A stretch of DNA of 63,877 nucleotides, counting the filler, from Octopus bimaculoides (Eukaryota): NCBI RefSeq assembly GCF_001194135.2. It is 5 parts of 5 records of this genome, joined end to end, with 100 filler letters (N's around TTAATTAATTAA, not from the genome) between each part and the next. Parts side by side here need not be neighbours in the genome. Positions count along the whole stretch, not along the records: positions 31,163 to 47,440 come from NC_068985.1; positions 47,541 to 56,546 come from NC_068987.1; 3 more parts are not named here. One strand, 5' to 3'. The position numbers and the translations under genes are program-made. The notes under the pieces are model-generated. The model ran no database searches. It saw nothing but the letters and a program-made list of their open reading frames with translations, and was not told where the DNA came from. Positions within the stretch are counted from its first letter, which is position 1, and every line of letters starts with the position of its first letter. Shown piece after piece: positions 38,126 to 53,160 of this stretch.

Positions 38126-38794
38126 GAATGACACCGCAAAAATAAGTCCAAAATATTTTTCAGAAAAAACATTGGCTACTTGTTAACGCTATAGAAAGCT
38201 TCATAAAGGGCTGATGAAACATCAGAGTGTGATGATCCATATATGCATTGATCCGGGATTAAATCTAAAAAACAAAAAACAAAAAAAAATGTAATTTTTC
38301 TGATTTTCAATGACTGACTCACCAGTATATTACAGCCGTTTGTTTATACTATTTCTACTTTCTGCCGTGTCTTTTTCACATAATTCCGTGTCAGCTTCTC
38401 TAAACTAAACATTGCGTACTACCTGACATAAGCAAGCTAGATGTATTCACCTTTCTCACTATTTAAATGTTTGTTCTTCTATATGTTGCCTCGCTTAACA
38501 AGGCGTGTGAATTTACTAACGACTTTCTGCTTGAGACTGAAAGCAATTTGAAACGCGATAATTTTGATGGTAAACTGTTAGAAATGATGATATCCAGCTG
38601 CAAAAATATATGCTTAATAAACGAATTTTTTTGTGAGATTATACATTTGCTTCCCTTTAAAAAGCGTAGAGATATTATCAAGCAAGCACATATACGCACA
38701 AACAGTAACAAACACACTGACACATTCTCTCACACATACACATACAAACAAACGCTTATACGCAATCCTATACGTTCATATGTATATGTGTGTG

Positions 38795-38833
<39 letters not shown>

Positions 38834-39404
38834 GTAAATATATATGTATGTATACGTACATACATACATACATACATACATACATGCATACAAACATACA
38901 TGAATACATACATATAATCGTCATTGTTGTTATTTTCGTGGTTTAACTTTTATTCCATAATTCCCTATTTCCCATGTTTATTATTACTGATTCTATATTA
39001 AATGCTAAATTATTATAAGCTATTTGATGAGTACATATTTACCCATGTTCTTCGAATTGGAAAGGCTGGAATGTGCTACGTTTAACCACTCCAAATATAT
39101 AGTTTAGTGATCTGTTAAGATAAAATCAACAAAAAAGTATCCTATCCAATGAGAGATAAACATCATTTAGTGTATACAGTATAAAGATAAGAGCTACTCA
39201 TAGTTTCTTCCTGTTAAGATACATGTCTAGGCAGGGTTTTATAACGCACCTTGTATCTACAAACAATCCAAAGGCTCTGAGCACATGGTCTCTCCTATTT
39301 GAAAATCAGGACGCTGGTACATGAGATATCACGAGAATAATACGAGGAGGTTGATGCAAAAGGTGAGAGCGGGAATAAAAATGGAGAAGGAAAGAGAGAG
39401 AGAA

Positions 39405-39740
39405 AGAACACCCCCTTTAACCGTAGAAGTCATGATTAAACTAATGGAGGATATTTCAACGAAGAGGGATTCAAAGTCTGTGAAAAAGCTTTTCAATCGG
39501 AAGACGATGGTGTCCTGTTCACAAAACAATTCTCCATGTGCTTGCATTCGCTGGAAATTTCGGACCTGGAATTAAGTACTACGGTGGGATTCTTAGATCT
39601 AAAAAGAATGTGCGATCTTTCAGTGAAGAATTCCACCATACTAATTAATTCCACACGCGAACTCTTTAGCAAATTCAAGTATATGGACAAATTTCTTTTG
39701 GCGAACTGAAGAATACCATCCTCTCCTGAAGAATTTCTTG
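39405..39740 (+). mobile_element. Highly decayed LINE RT fragment
   Basis: TPPLTVEVMIKLMEDISTKR resembles RPI.LTS..KLMERI..KRL; GVLFTKQF resembles .+LS.KQFGF; VGFLDLK resembles VFLDL.KAFD; frameshifted. Confidence 0.4.
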
Positions 39741-39853
39741 TAGTAGATATCTTATATGTTTTCTACATGTACAATTTTATAATTCCTACTATCAAATGAA
39801 ACATATGTAATAGTAAATAAATAATACCAAAATTATTCTAGTTTCCTGTTTTG

Positions 39854-39908
<55 letters not shown>

Positions 39909-39934
39909 GACGGACAGACAAACAAACGGACAGG

Positions 39935-39987
<53 letters not shown>

Positions 39988-40819
39988 TCTCAAGGACAAT
40001 TTAGGAGTCTTCAATCGAGGAGTACCTACGCCCGCTTAGTATGGAATTAACAAGTAGTCGGTTTAATGAAACGCTGTTACTAGAACATAACACTTAGTTT
40101 TCTTCATTCTAAGTAGACTTCTTTTTCTTTAGTTTTATAATCCCACGCGTCTGAAACGATATGAGGATTTTAAACAGTCTTCCATCGGATTTAATTTGCA
40201 TTTTATGAAATAATTCCACGTTTGCCATGCAATTTAAACAGAACTTTTCAAATTAGCTTTTCTGTCGTCTAGATCCAATAACTGCAGGTAATACTTTCTA
40301 TATTTCTTATCATATATCTCTTGTCAGTCTTTCCGATTTATTTAATAACATAATTTACACCTCCTGGATATTTTAATTTACAGTGCATAAGTTCCACTCT
40401 CTGTTTTGGGGTACTGTCAAGTTTGTTACAATTTTTTTAAAGCTGATTTTCCTGTAACATTCCACAAATGCATCCAGTTAATTTTTAAGAAGATATTCTA
40501 TGGTTTTATATATTTTATTTTATTTATGCTTGTTTTATGTCTACTGGGAATGAAATTTTTGGACAAATGTAAACATGTATGCATATAGAGGTATGAATTG
40601 AGGCATATCCTTCTTTTTCTAAAATGATGTACACACAAATACAAACACACGCACACTCATATTTNNNNNNNNNNNNNNNNNNNNNNNNNNNNNNNNNNNN
40701 NNNNNNNNNNNNNNNNNNNNNNNNNNNNNNNNNNNNNNNNNNNNNNNNNNNNNNNNNNNNNNNNNNNNNNNNNNNNNNNNNNAGAGAGAGAGAGAGAGAG
40801 AGAGATTTCGTAATGAGAT

Positions 40820-41078
40820 TAAAAAAAACCGAGGCTGTGTATAATATAGAACATTTATAAATAAGTCTTACAGCTGTTTCCAGGATATTTATTATATCCC
40901 TTCATCAGAGACGGTGTGAGAGGATGGTAAAGCAATAGTTAGTTTACATAAGAACGGAAATAGAGAGTGAATGTAGGAATATTGTGTTTGTAAATCCATT
41001 GTTTAGGCAGAATGGTATACCTTGTGAGTAAAATCCAATAGTCTTTTAGTCTTTAAGATTGACCAATCTTAAAGACTA
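40820..41078 (-). mobile_element. Penelope-like terminal-repeat fragment with an HHR and a fold-back 5' junction
   Basis: Contains the minimal HHR below and a perfect 15-bp inverted repeat at 41047-41078. Confidence 0.55.
40865..40912 (-). ncRNA. Minimal type I hammerhead ribozyme, canonical core
   Basis: Minus strand gtct-CTGATGA-agggatat[aataa]atatcctg-GAAA-c[agct]g-TA|agac. Helix I GTCT/AGAC, helix II GGATAT/ATATCC, palindromic helix III ACAGCTGT, GUA site between 40869 and 40868. Confidence 0.85.
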
Positions 41079-41361
41079 TTGCAATTTAACGGTTCGCTAG
41101 TAAGAATCGATATAATAATTATCAGGGTTAAAAATAAGCACTGTGGTCGATTTGCTTGACTAAACCCCTTAAGGTGGTGCCCCAGCAATGCTACTCTCCG
41201 AAAACTGAATAAGACCAAAAAGATAATAAGAAAATAGTTCAATTCATGAAAGTGTGTAAAGAATCGTAAAATAAAGACCGTTGAGTGCAGTGCATGTACT
41301 CAACTGACCCAGCATACGATCAACTGAATGTTTCCTCTGGAACTCAAGGTAAGATTATACA

Positions 41362-41760
41362 GACGCAGGCGTGGTTGAGTGGTAAGACGCTAGATTCTCA
41401 ACCACATGGTTTCGGGTTCAGTCCAACTGCGTGGCATCTTGAGCAAGTGTCTTCTAGTATCGCCTTGAACCGATCAAAGCTCAATAAGAGCATTTGGTTG
41501 ACGGAAGCTAAAAGAAGCCCAGCGCACATATATGCATGGGGGTGCGTCCATATGTATGTGTGTGTCTGTGTTCGTGCTTGTCACCCACCACCGGCTGTGC
41601 GCTTAGCTTTCCTCACCCAATGGTTTGTCTAAAGTGTCCGATCGAGTAAGTACCAGGTTTAATAAAAAGATAAACACTGATGCCGATTCATTTAACTAAA
41701 AATTCTTCCAAGTATGACCACAGTCCAATGACTGAAACAAGTTAAAGATAAAATATACAA
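41362..41760 (+). mobile_element. SINE family B
   Basis: gcaggcgtggttgagtggtaag, gggttcagtcc, gcgtggcatcttgagcaagtgtc, tail cagtccaatgactgaaacaag. Confidence 0.8.
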
Positions 41761-41827
41761 AGACAGAAATAGGGTATGATGATATGTACATACACACACA
41801 CACACACACACACACATACACACACAA

Positions 41828-41875
<48 letters not shown>

Positions 41876-42902
41876 NNNNNNNNNNNNNNNNNNNNNNNNN
41901 NNNNNNNNNNNNNNNNNNNNNNNNNNNNNNNNNNNNNNNNNNNNNNNNNNNNNNNNNNNNNNNNNNNNNNNNNNNNNNNNNNNNNNNNNNNNNNNNNNNN
42001 NNNNNNNNNNNNNNNNNNNNNNNNNNNNNNNNNNNNNNNNNNNNNNNNNNNNNNNNNNNNNNNNNNNNNNNNTGTGTGTGTGTGTGTGTGTGTGTGTTAT
42101 CTTTTTGTTAAACCTGGTACTCATTCGACCAGACACTTTAGCCAAACCACTGAGTTAGGAAAGGTAAGCATACAGCCGGTGGTGGGGAACAAACACACAC
42201 GCACGCACACATACGCATACACATATAAGTACGTCCATGGTTGTGTGGTTAGGAAGTTCCTTTTGTTTGCAACCACGTCGTTTCCGATTCAACAACAATA
42301 CCTGGCAAATGTATTCTGCTACTTCGCAAATGTTTTCTGCTACTACAACGGAGCGACCAACGCTTTATTAGTGAATTTGTTGCAGAAAATCTGCTTGCAT
42401 GCATGTATGCGTGCGTGCGCGTGTGGTGCCTGCCGGAGGCTGCGTGTGCGTATGTGTATGTGATTGTGTATACGTGTATGTGCGTATGTGTGTTCATGTA
42501 ATGCGTTTGCGCTCCCATCGCTTGAATAAACGTGTTCGTTGGTTTGCGTCTCCATAACCTAATGGTTCGGCGGAAGAGGGTGATACAATAGGTAAGAGAC
42601 TAAAAAAAATAGATTCTAGGGTCATTGGGACTCAGGAAAATTGGTTCTCCAGCATGACACAGTTCCAGTGACTGAAAGGAGTAAAATATTAAAAGAAAAC
42701 ATACATGGTTAGATACAATGTCTGTATATCTTAGTTGAGAGAATAATGATGTATATAATGTGCTAGTGTCTAGCTACCACAAACTCCAAAACACAACCAT
42801 TTTGAAGGTAAATCTTAAAATAGGTGTCCATCATCCGTATGATAATTTCTTGTCTGTTCTGCCAGCTAAGGATATCAAAGTCGATATATTTATATGCATA
42901 CA

Positions 42903-42933
<31 letters not shown>

Positions 42934-43182
42934 GTATGCGCGTGCGCATATGTGTATGTATGTATACATATGCATATATATGTATTTTATATATTCATAT
43001 ATATATATATGTATGTATGTGTGTGTGTGTGTGTGCATCTATATATTCACATACGTTTGTGCGTGTATATGTAAGTATGTATGTATATGTAAGTATGAAT
43101 ATACTCATGTATATATATACATACATACACACATATATATATATATATATATGTGTATGTATATATATGTATGTATATATAT

Positions 43183-43234
<52 letters not shown>

Positions 43235-44149
43235 TGTATATATTTATGTATCCCTATACACTCACACACACACACTCATATACACATGTATTGCTATGGA
43301 GGAGAATATGTACATGTATGTATGTTATATGTTACTATGTGCTTTGTTAGATACACAACAATACACAGGTACAGATATTCACACTAACGTACCGCACGCA
43401 TATAGATACACACCAAAAGCATTTGCTTGTGTATTACGCCTGTCAGTCTAGCTGCGAGATATAATTGAAACAGCTGCTGTTATCCAATTCAATTTGATTC
43501 ATGTTTTCTGCTCAATACAGAACTTGTGTTAATTTCTCATGATAAAATTTAAAGGAAACCAACATTTATATTTAATATATCTAAATAGATTAATAGTAAA
43601 CATGGTGCCACTACTAAACATATGTCGGCAATACAGTAACTGAATTGTGTACTTTTGAAACTAAGCAGTTTTCAGTTTCTGATAAATATATTAAAACGAA
43701 TCTCTAAACATGAGCCACTGCTTGGTATTTGGGTCTAAAATCTACACCAGGATTATACATTCTGTTTAGGAATTTGTTCTTAGAATCTACACCCAGGATT
43801 AAGGCTTGTTTGGAATTTGGACTTATGGAATTCATATGAAGATTAGGGCTTTCTTTGAAATCCGGATTTTGGAAATCCGTGGCAGTACAATATCTTTTGT
43901 TTTCAATCATTTCAAAGTAACTCAAACATTCCTGAAACATGTCAAAACTTTATGGAATTATGGATCAGATTTCAATGTGTTTTTCTACTTGAAGTATGTA
44001 GTTAATTATTCTAGATTTTTATGGTTGATGGCAATCCCGCAGATAAGATTCTAGGTTTTTGGTAAATGATGGAAAAATCAAACGAATTTATAATTCTAAT
44101 AACCTAATATTTGCTTGTCGTATCTAGATGTGTGGTCGCTGTAGTTCAT

Positions 44150-44460
<311 letters not shown>

Positions 44461-44989
44461 GTTATTGTTGTTATGGTTTATGTTTGTCATTATTTAGCCC
44501 TAGGTCAGACCTGACAGAACAGATTTTGGATGAAAGGTATTTCAGACGTAAGATAACATTTTAGAAGCAAGTATGTCCTATTCTGAAGAAGTTTGGAAGT
44601 GATTTTAAGATTTTGATTAATATTTATCGTCGTTTGTGTGACTTCACAGTGGCTATCACATTTTATTAGGCTCGTATTTTATTAGTGTTGTTTACAGAGC
44701 TAGGAGTCGTTTAGCCCTAATGTCGGCTTTGGTTAAGTATATCTATTTCCAAAGTGCGTAGGCATACATCTCATCCATCGCCTCTCTATTTTTGTGTACA
44801 AGTGGTTATATCATTCAATATATCATTCCGATTTTATGATGACTCGAGAGTGATATAAAGGTTATTTGGTACCTTTTTTAACAAAGAAAACTTATTGGTC
44901 CCTCATAAAGCGTCATGTGTGCGAACTGTACAAGTGGCATTGTTATGTATTTCATCTTCGTAATTACTCCTTTTATGTTAATGGGTTTT

Positions 44990-45500
44990 GTCTTCGAGAT
45001 TTCCATATTTTGCACGTGATACACAGATACTATGTTTCAAACTATGGAAACCCACTACGCTATGTCTTCTTCTGAAAAAAGATCTTTTCTCATCCAAATA
45101 CGGTTCCCGTATTTCTTCCCTAGTTCCAACCTCCAATAACTTCAATGAATTGCTATCCTGCAAACAGCCCCTGCCAATTTCAGTTACTTATTCAAGTGTT
45201 ACCGATTGTTTACTAATTATCATTCTGGTTTCCTTAAAGCCAGATATACCAGATACATACGAGTGGTCTCTCTTCATTGAATTTCGATGTAAACCAATTT
45301 GTCCCCAGGTCTTGATACCAGCAAAGCTTCGACGTTTTATAGCATGAGAATCCCCAAGATAAGTATTTCTGCTACGTGCTGCATTATTCTCTCATTTCTT
45401 TGCTCTATTACTAGCTTTCATTGCAGTATGCGCTGGAGAAAATCTCTTGGATCCACTATGACTAAATATGGTGTTGAACAAGTTTCCTGTTATCGCCTCC
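44990..45500 (-). mobile_element. Decayed LINE RT fragment
   Basis: Minus peptides KYLSWGFSCYK, EIGRGCLQDSNSLKLL (resembles GCLQGDSLSPLLF) and AKYGNLEDKT. Confidence 0.4.
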
Positions 45501-47232
45501 ACTAATTTTTATGCAATTAACACCTGTATTTTTAAGTTGTAATCACACACTCGCGATGCGTCTGTGTGTCTTTCTCTCAAATCTAAAAGGAAGCACTCTT
45601 CTCTCCTCCATAGCTAGCCACACACCAGAGACATACACATGCACATTTGATACCTCATACAAGATATTTAACATTTCCTTTAATAGAGATCTCGATATCA
45701 TCATTCATAGAATTATGGCCACTCGTCAATTTTAATAGATCAATATGATATATATATATTCTTTAAAAATGCCGTTTTGCCACTGTTCCATCGACTACAG
45801 TTCAAAACACCTAAAGCTCTCAAGTAACAAACAAACTGAGATATTGCATATATAATATTGTCAAATGATGCAGCTAGAGATGGCGTGTCAACATAACTGC
45901 CTGATCTTCTACAAATAACTGATAAATCGCTCTCAAATCACAATTTACTTCGTTCAAAGAAAAAGGGATATATTTTCTATATACATTCTAGTACATAGGT
46001 CCGTTAGTTCTCACATATCCTGCAAAAAAATTCATCTGCACATGTTTCATTCAAGCATTGCTTAATCTAGATTTTAAGAAAGCACAAAATCATTGTGAAG
46101 ATTTTTTCTCAAAACCATGTCTCAAATATGATGCTTTTTCTTCGGGTCAGAAAATTTTCCAACTTCAGGTCAGAAAATGTTTCAACTCCGCTGATACTCA
46201 ATTAAGCACAAGACCCATATTTGAATTCTGTTTACATATCTAGAATGGTTCTGCTACAACAAAGCAAATCTCTAAAAGAGCATACAGCTGAATGTCAAAT
46301 ATGCAAACATCAACGTCGTTTTTAGACGTACTTTATTTTATGTTGCTGCGTCTTCTGAATTACGCATTCCCACAACGGTTACATTCTCCAGGAATTAACA
46401 ATGCAACGAGCCAACAATATAGGTCCTTAAGTTCTCACATATCCCGCAAAGATAGCAGCAAAATCTACATCGTCTCACATACTACTGTCTTTAAAAACTT
46501 AAAAGCCAAACGGAATAATATAGACATGGTTATGTCAGGAGATGAAGAGGGTTCGGCTACAAGCCTTTTGATTATAGGTTTGTTCTATCATTGCTGTTCT
46601 ATGACTAAAAAACAACAATAACTAAAGATATATTAACAAAAGGAGAAACCATGAGAAGAATAAGACGTGGTTTTTGTATGAGGTTGGTTTCTACTAAATA
46701 TAATTACTTTCGTTGTCATTATCTCTTAAAACCATATCTGAATTGTTAGTACCAATAGCTCTGTCAGTGTTAATGGTGACATTTCACTTGTTCTGGGATA
46801 TAACGTTGCCATTTATTATATCTTATTCTGGTGTCTTTTATATAATTCTATTCATCGTTCTGCCAAAACTTAGCAGCCAGAAATGTATACGCCGTGATAT
46901 TCATGCTACAATTTTTTCAATTGCCATTAGTTCTATTGGCAAAGTATTGATTCAGCCAAACGATAGCCATGTCTTCTGTCAAGTGTACATTCTGTTAAGG
47001 ATTCTTTGTGTCCTCCTCCTCCTCCTCCTCATCATCATCACTAACGTCGTCATTATCATCGTCAACTTTAATATTAATTGCCTGATGTTACTGTTCCTGT
47101 TAGTGCTGCTGCTGCTACTACCAATACTAATACTAATATTACTGCTGCTGCTACTACTACAACTACTGCTAAGAACAACAACAACAATAATAATAATAAT
47201 AATAATAACAACAACAACGATGATCTTGATGA

Positions 47233-47289
<57 letters not shown>

Positions 47290-47372
47290 GAGTATAGTAA
47301 TAATCATTTTAGTATTATTTATAACATAACTTACTTCGTAGAAACACATATATATAGATTTGCAATGTTTAC

Positions 47373-47440
<68 letters not shown>

Positions 47441-49326
47441 NNNNNNNNNNNNNNNNNNNNNNNNNNNNNNNNNNNNNNNNNNNNTTAATTAATTAANNNN
47501 NNNNNNNNNNNNNNNNNNNNNNNNNNNNNNNNNNNNNNNNTATATATACATACATACATACATACATACATGCATACGTAGGTACGTACGTACATACATA
47601 CGTACATACATACATACAAACATACATACATACATACATACATACATACATACATACATACATAGAGTTTTTGTGTATACTTCTGCCTAATTCATTTTAC
47701 TCGTGACGACTCAAACGAAATATCTTATTTAAAATCTTGAAAGATGACTTTCGTTCTTCTAAAGTTTTTTTTTTAAAGTAATTGGTAAGTTATAAGTTTA
47801 ATTAACTTATTTTCAAACATTTCATTGTCCATATTTGAAGTGGTGTCCGTTGATTGTTCTAAAGTAGATTGTATTGTCATTTGCTGAAAAAAAGTGTATT
47901 GTCTATTTAATTCTTATAATACTTTCGATTTTATATATCATACGTGACATTTATATTGTGACTTTCAGTATATATTTGTACGTGAGTTTGTATGTTCGTG
48001 TCAGATGTGAGCCTATATATGTATGATGTGTATGACTAATCTCAAATTTTATGTAGATATTCAAATATATTTGAAGAAGCAAACGCAGAAAAAGTACAAA
48101 ATCAAAATCAAAATCAAAAATTAGAAAGAAACTCTATCTATAATCATATCAACTTTGGGTTAAACAAAGATAAATTAAAATAAGCAGATAGGTACATTAT
48201 AACGTGGTGATCGTTTCATCGTTTCCCGATTTTATCGTTCATGTCTTCAGACCGTTGCATCAAATAGCTTCTCTGAACTTGCTGCGAAAGAAAGAAACTT
48301 GCAGGTTAAAAGGTTAGCCAATGAATTATGAGTCAAACACAAATATTTGACATATCATTTCCTTCTTCTCTCATGCAAGCTAACATCCCTTTCGCAGCTT
48401 TATTATTTCTAAAATTTTTCGATTCAAATCTTTTTTCATTCTTTTTTTGTTTCTTTTCTGTTATTTTCCCTTTTCTTCTCGATCGTTCTTTCCTTTCTAC
48501 TGCTGTTGTTTATTTTCGGGCGTATTTTTTTGTGTTTATTTCTTGCTGCATCTCTTTCAAATGGTGGTGGTCCGTTGTGGTGGAATAATACTAAGATTTA
48601 ACTTTCTCAGATTCATGTTTTTCGAATTTATGTCCATGGCATGTTAAATATTGACGTCTTGGTTTTTTTAGAAATAAGGGAGGTCTGTTGATATTGTAAC
48701 AAGCAAACACACACGCACGCACACACACACACACACACACGTACACACGCATACACACACACACACGTACATACACAACCATACAAACACACACACAACA
48801 TATAGAGACGCAAAAACACACGTTTATTATATATGGCAGTGTAGTCATCATCCCATGCAGGAGACGTGCATCTCGACTGTTTTTGTGTGCTTCTTCAGAT
48901 TCTCAAGCATGTTTCCTGATTATTGGTCATTAGTGGTTGAGAACTAGCAAATATATATATTTCTAGTTTAAGGAGATGAGCAGCATGAGAATATTTTGCA
49001 GATGGGGGAAAATCTCCAGCAATAGCGAACAATATGAAATGATGGTGATGATGATGATGCTGATGATATTTGCAGTGGTGGTATTTCTAGTGGTTACGGT
49101 CGTTGTGATGGTAGATATTGTGTTGACACAGTGATGATGCTAGTTGTGGGAACGGTGTTGATGCTGGAGGTGGGGTTGGAGTTGGTGTTGGAGTTGGTGG
49201 TGTTGGTTTTGATGATGGCGTGTAGGAATAATTTTAAAACTAATATTAATAACTTTAACCATTTAAACCTCTGGAAATTCACTGGAAGCATTACTTATTC
49301 ACCACAAAATCCTCATAAAGAGAATA

Positions 49327-49363
<37 letters not shown>

Positions 49364-50389
49364 ACCTATCTGTATGTATGTATATATATGCATATATATA
49401 TGTGTGTATGTATATNNNNNNNNNNNNNNNNNNNNNNNNNNNNNNNNNNNNNNNNNNNNNNNNNNNNNNNNNNNNNNNNNNNNNNNNNNNNNNNNNNNNN
49501 NNNNNNNNNNNNNNNNNNNNNNNNNNNNNNNNNNNNNNNNNNNNNNNNNNNNNNNNNNNNNNNNNNNNNNNNNNNNNNNNNNNNNNNNNNNNNNNNNNNN
49601 NNNNNNNNNNNNNNNNNNNNNNNNNNNNNNNNNNNNNNNNNNNNNNNNNNNNNNNNNNNNNNNNNNNNNNNNNNNNNNNNNNNNNNNNNNNNNNNNNNNN
49701 NNNNNNNNNNNNNNNNNNNNNNNNNNNNNNNNNNNNNNNNNNNNNNNNNNNNNNNNNNNNNNNNNNNNNNNNNNNNNNNNNNNNNNNNNNNNNNNNNNNN
49801 NNNNNNNNNNNNNNNNNNNNNNNNNNNNNNNNNNNNNNNNNNNNNNNNNNNNNNNNGTATGTATGTATATGTATATATGTTGATAAACGCACGGGAGGGA
49901 GAGCGATATCAATTTCGCCACCATCGTTGCCATAACTACCAAAAATAAACTTGCGCCACTGTTAGCACCACCACCACCACAACCATGAACACCACCTCTA
50001 CCAGCGTTAATACTGAATGCCAAAAACAAACATGACCCAACTCCCACCCTCACCTCCATTACCATCAGCATTTTGCATTATCGCCACTCTGTCGTTCTTT
50101 ACATATGGCTTTTACATTTCATTCTCTTTTTCATTCTCTCAGAATTTCTCGTTCGGTCTTTAGATGTCTCTCAAATACTTTCTCTCTCTTTACCTCTCTC
50201 TCTCCCTCCCTCCATCTCTGTCTCTCCATTCTATATTATGATCGCCATCATCACCTTCAACACCACACCAACGGTGTGGTAACTAACAAGCTCCTCTTAA
50301 CTTCAGTTATTTCTGTTACATAGTGATTCATACGAAAGATGGATGGATGAAGACGTTTCTTTGCAAACAACGGTACTAACAGGAAAATA

Positions 50390-50441
<52 letters not shown>

Positions 50442-50510
50442 GGATGTTGAGGATGATGACAATAATAATAAGATGATGATGATGATGATGATGATGATGG
50501 CGCTGATGAT

Positions 50511-50921
50511 TAAAAAATTTGGCAGACGGCCAGTAATTTAGACGAGGGCGTAAGTTGATTACATCGAGCCTAGTCTTCAGCTGGTACTTATTTTATCGAT
50601 TCCTAAACGATACCAGGTAAAGTCGGTCTCTGCGGAAATTTAACTCAGAACGTAAGGGCGGACGAAATGCAGCTAAGCATTTTGTTCGGCGTGAATAATA
50701 ATCGTAACATTCCTTTCTACTTTGGGTACAAGGCCTGAAATTTGGGGGAGGAGGAGGAGGAGGAGGAAGATAATCAATTACATCGAACTCTATATTCAAC
50801 TAGTAAATATTTTATTGACCTCGAATGTATGAAAGGGAATGTTGACGTTAACGGAAATTGAACTCAGAGCGTAAAGACGGACGAAATGCCGTTAAGCATT
50901 TTGCCCAGCGTGAATAATAAC

Positions 50922-50981
<60 letters not shown>

Positions 50982-51300
50982 TTTAGAGAGATAGTAGTTT
51001 CCGAAGAAACTCTGATTGTAACAGCGAAAGTGCAACTTTGCACTTTCGCTAGCTGGTCGTGTCACCACAACCTGTGATAAATAAATAAAAAATAATAATG
51101 GCTTCAAATTTCGGCATGGAGCCAGTAATTTCAGGGCGAAAGGATAAGTTAATACCATCGACTCAATTACTTGAATGGTACTTATCAACTCCGAAAGGAT
51201 GTAGGTAAAGGGTCCTCTGCGGCATTTGAACAGAGAACATAAAGCGCCGTAAGGAATGCAGCTTAGTATTTCGTGCAACGCGCTCACGATTTCGCCCTTT
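50511..51300 (-). mobile_element. Cluster of three SINE family A copies among (GAT)n/(AAT)n
   Basis: Copies at ~50511-50693, 50710-50912 and 51095-51300. Confidence 0.8.
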
Positions 51301-52295
51301 AGCTATAATAACAATAGATTCTGAATTAGGCACAAGGCCAGAAGTTTTGTGGGAATTATACTACTTGATACCATCGTCTCTTATTTTTGACGGACATCTT
51401 ATTTCAGGGACCCCATAGGTATGCAATGCAAAGATGATCATAGCAGTATTTCAAACCAGAAGGTAAAAAGCAGAATGAAATTCCATAAGTTCAATGCACT
51501 ATCGATCCTGTTAATCAGCAATTTAATTAGTTTTTTATCGTAAAAATTAATTAAGATGGAAAGAAGATCATTTTTGAGAGTTTGAGTTATTTTGGTGATT
51601 AATCTTAAGCCTTACTTTCCAGAGGAATGATTTGTTATTTGTATAAAATTCTACTGCATGCAAAAACACTAGCATTGGTAAATGTTTAGAAATATCACAT
51701 ATGCTGGGTTCCAACTTTTGTCAATTGACTCCAGATTCCAGGGAGGGTATTATATTTGTTAAATACACACACACGCCACACACAGACACACACATGTATG
51801 TATGTGCATCTATATATGTGTATATATATATATATTGTCTGCCTGTTGTGCGTTATGTTGGTCTATTAATCCATGCATTAGCTTTGTAATGTTACATCTT
51901 TCCCTGTACTTCTACAGATGTAATTCCTGCACTCTGCTTGATAGATTGAACTTGACTCACCCTATGGCTTCGTATAGATCAATGATATCCAGGAGTGAAA
52001 AGGCGTCCAGTTAAACTCACATGCACCTTCTTTCTCATCCACTCACAATAATCAACCTTCTATACCATACTCCTTCTTCCACCTCGTCATCCATTCTCTC
52101 ATCCCTTTTCTTATCTCCCTGTCTCCGCTCCCATCTGTCTCTGTTTCTGTGCATATGTCTTCTATCTTCTATATCATCACAAACAAGACAGTTCTACCTT
52201 TCATATTAACCATAGCGGTAAAAGCAGCAGGTGCAACAGTAGTGAATGTAGCGATAATAACAGCATCAGGAACAGCAACGGCAGTAACATACCTG

Positions 52296-52342
<47 letters not shown>

Positions 52343-52914
52343 CTCTTTCCTCTCGTTCATTCTATTTCTGTGTATGTATGTATGTATGTATGTATGCATG
52401 TGTTATGTGAGTGAGTATGTAAGTACAAACACGTATACACATAATACACATACGTTAACAACAACGTATTCATGGCAGAATACTAGTGGACTTTGTCAGC
52501 GAGTTTGGTATTAGTAAAATTTTTCACAATTCTGAAGTTAGTACGCTTCTTGGAGATGAGCTGCTGAAATTTCGATCAAAGTTCATTGTGTTTCAAGTAA
52601 ATAAAAACATTATTTTCTTTGGGCTTGTTTCAAGTGAGCTTTCGAAGTAGTGGAAATAAAAATTTGTGTACAATAAGTAGTTTCGTATTTGAGGCCTGTA
52701 TTTTAGTATTACAGCTTCCGATGTCCGCGTGTTTGAAAGAAATTCACATACGCATATGTTTGTTCAAACTCATATATAGGTACACACATAAGCACACATG
52801 CATATGTGTTATTGTGTCTAATGCTTTGTGTCTGATGATTTTTTTTGGACGATTATTCTGTTGCCATGTACCAGATCAGCATAATCCTTCTAACCATCAG
52901 ATTTTTCATGCATG

Positions 52915-52955
52915 TATGTTTCTATCTATCTATCTATCTATTTATCTATCTATCC

Positions 52956-53022
<67 letters not shown>

Positions 53023-53047
53023 CATCTATCTATCTATCTATCTATAC

Positions 53048-53101
<54 letters not shown>

Positions 53102-53160
53102 GTCTGTCTGTCTGTATGTTTGTCTGTCTGTCTGTCTATCTACCTATCTGTCTGTCTGCC
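52915..53160. repeat. (TCTA)n/(TCTG)n microsatellite
   Basis: Directly visible. Confidence 0.95.

Noticed and set aside
38215-38229. ctgatg-aaa-catcag
   Set aside because: A simple hairpin with no helix II or GAAA arrangement.
39440-39707. Open frame resembling a nuclear-receptor ligand-binding domain (FSMCLHSLEISDLEL)
   Set aside because: No usable splice acceptor, and flanking motifs fit a decayed LINE RT (KLMEDI, KQF, FLDLK) better.
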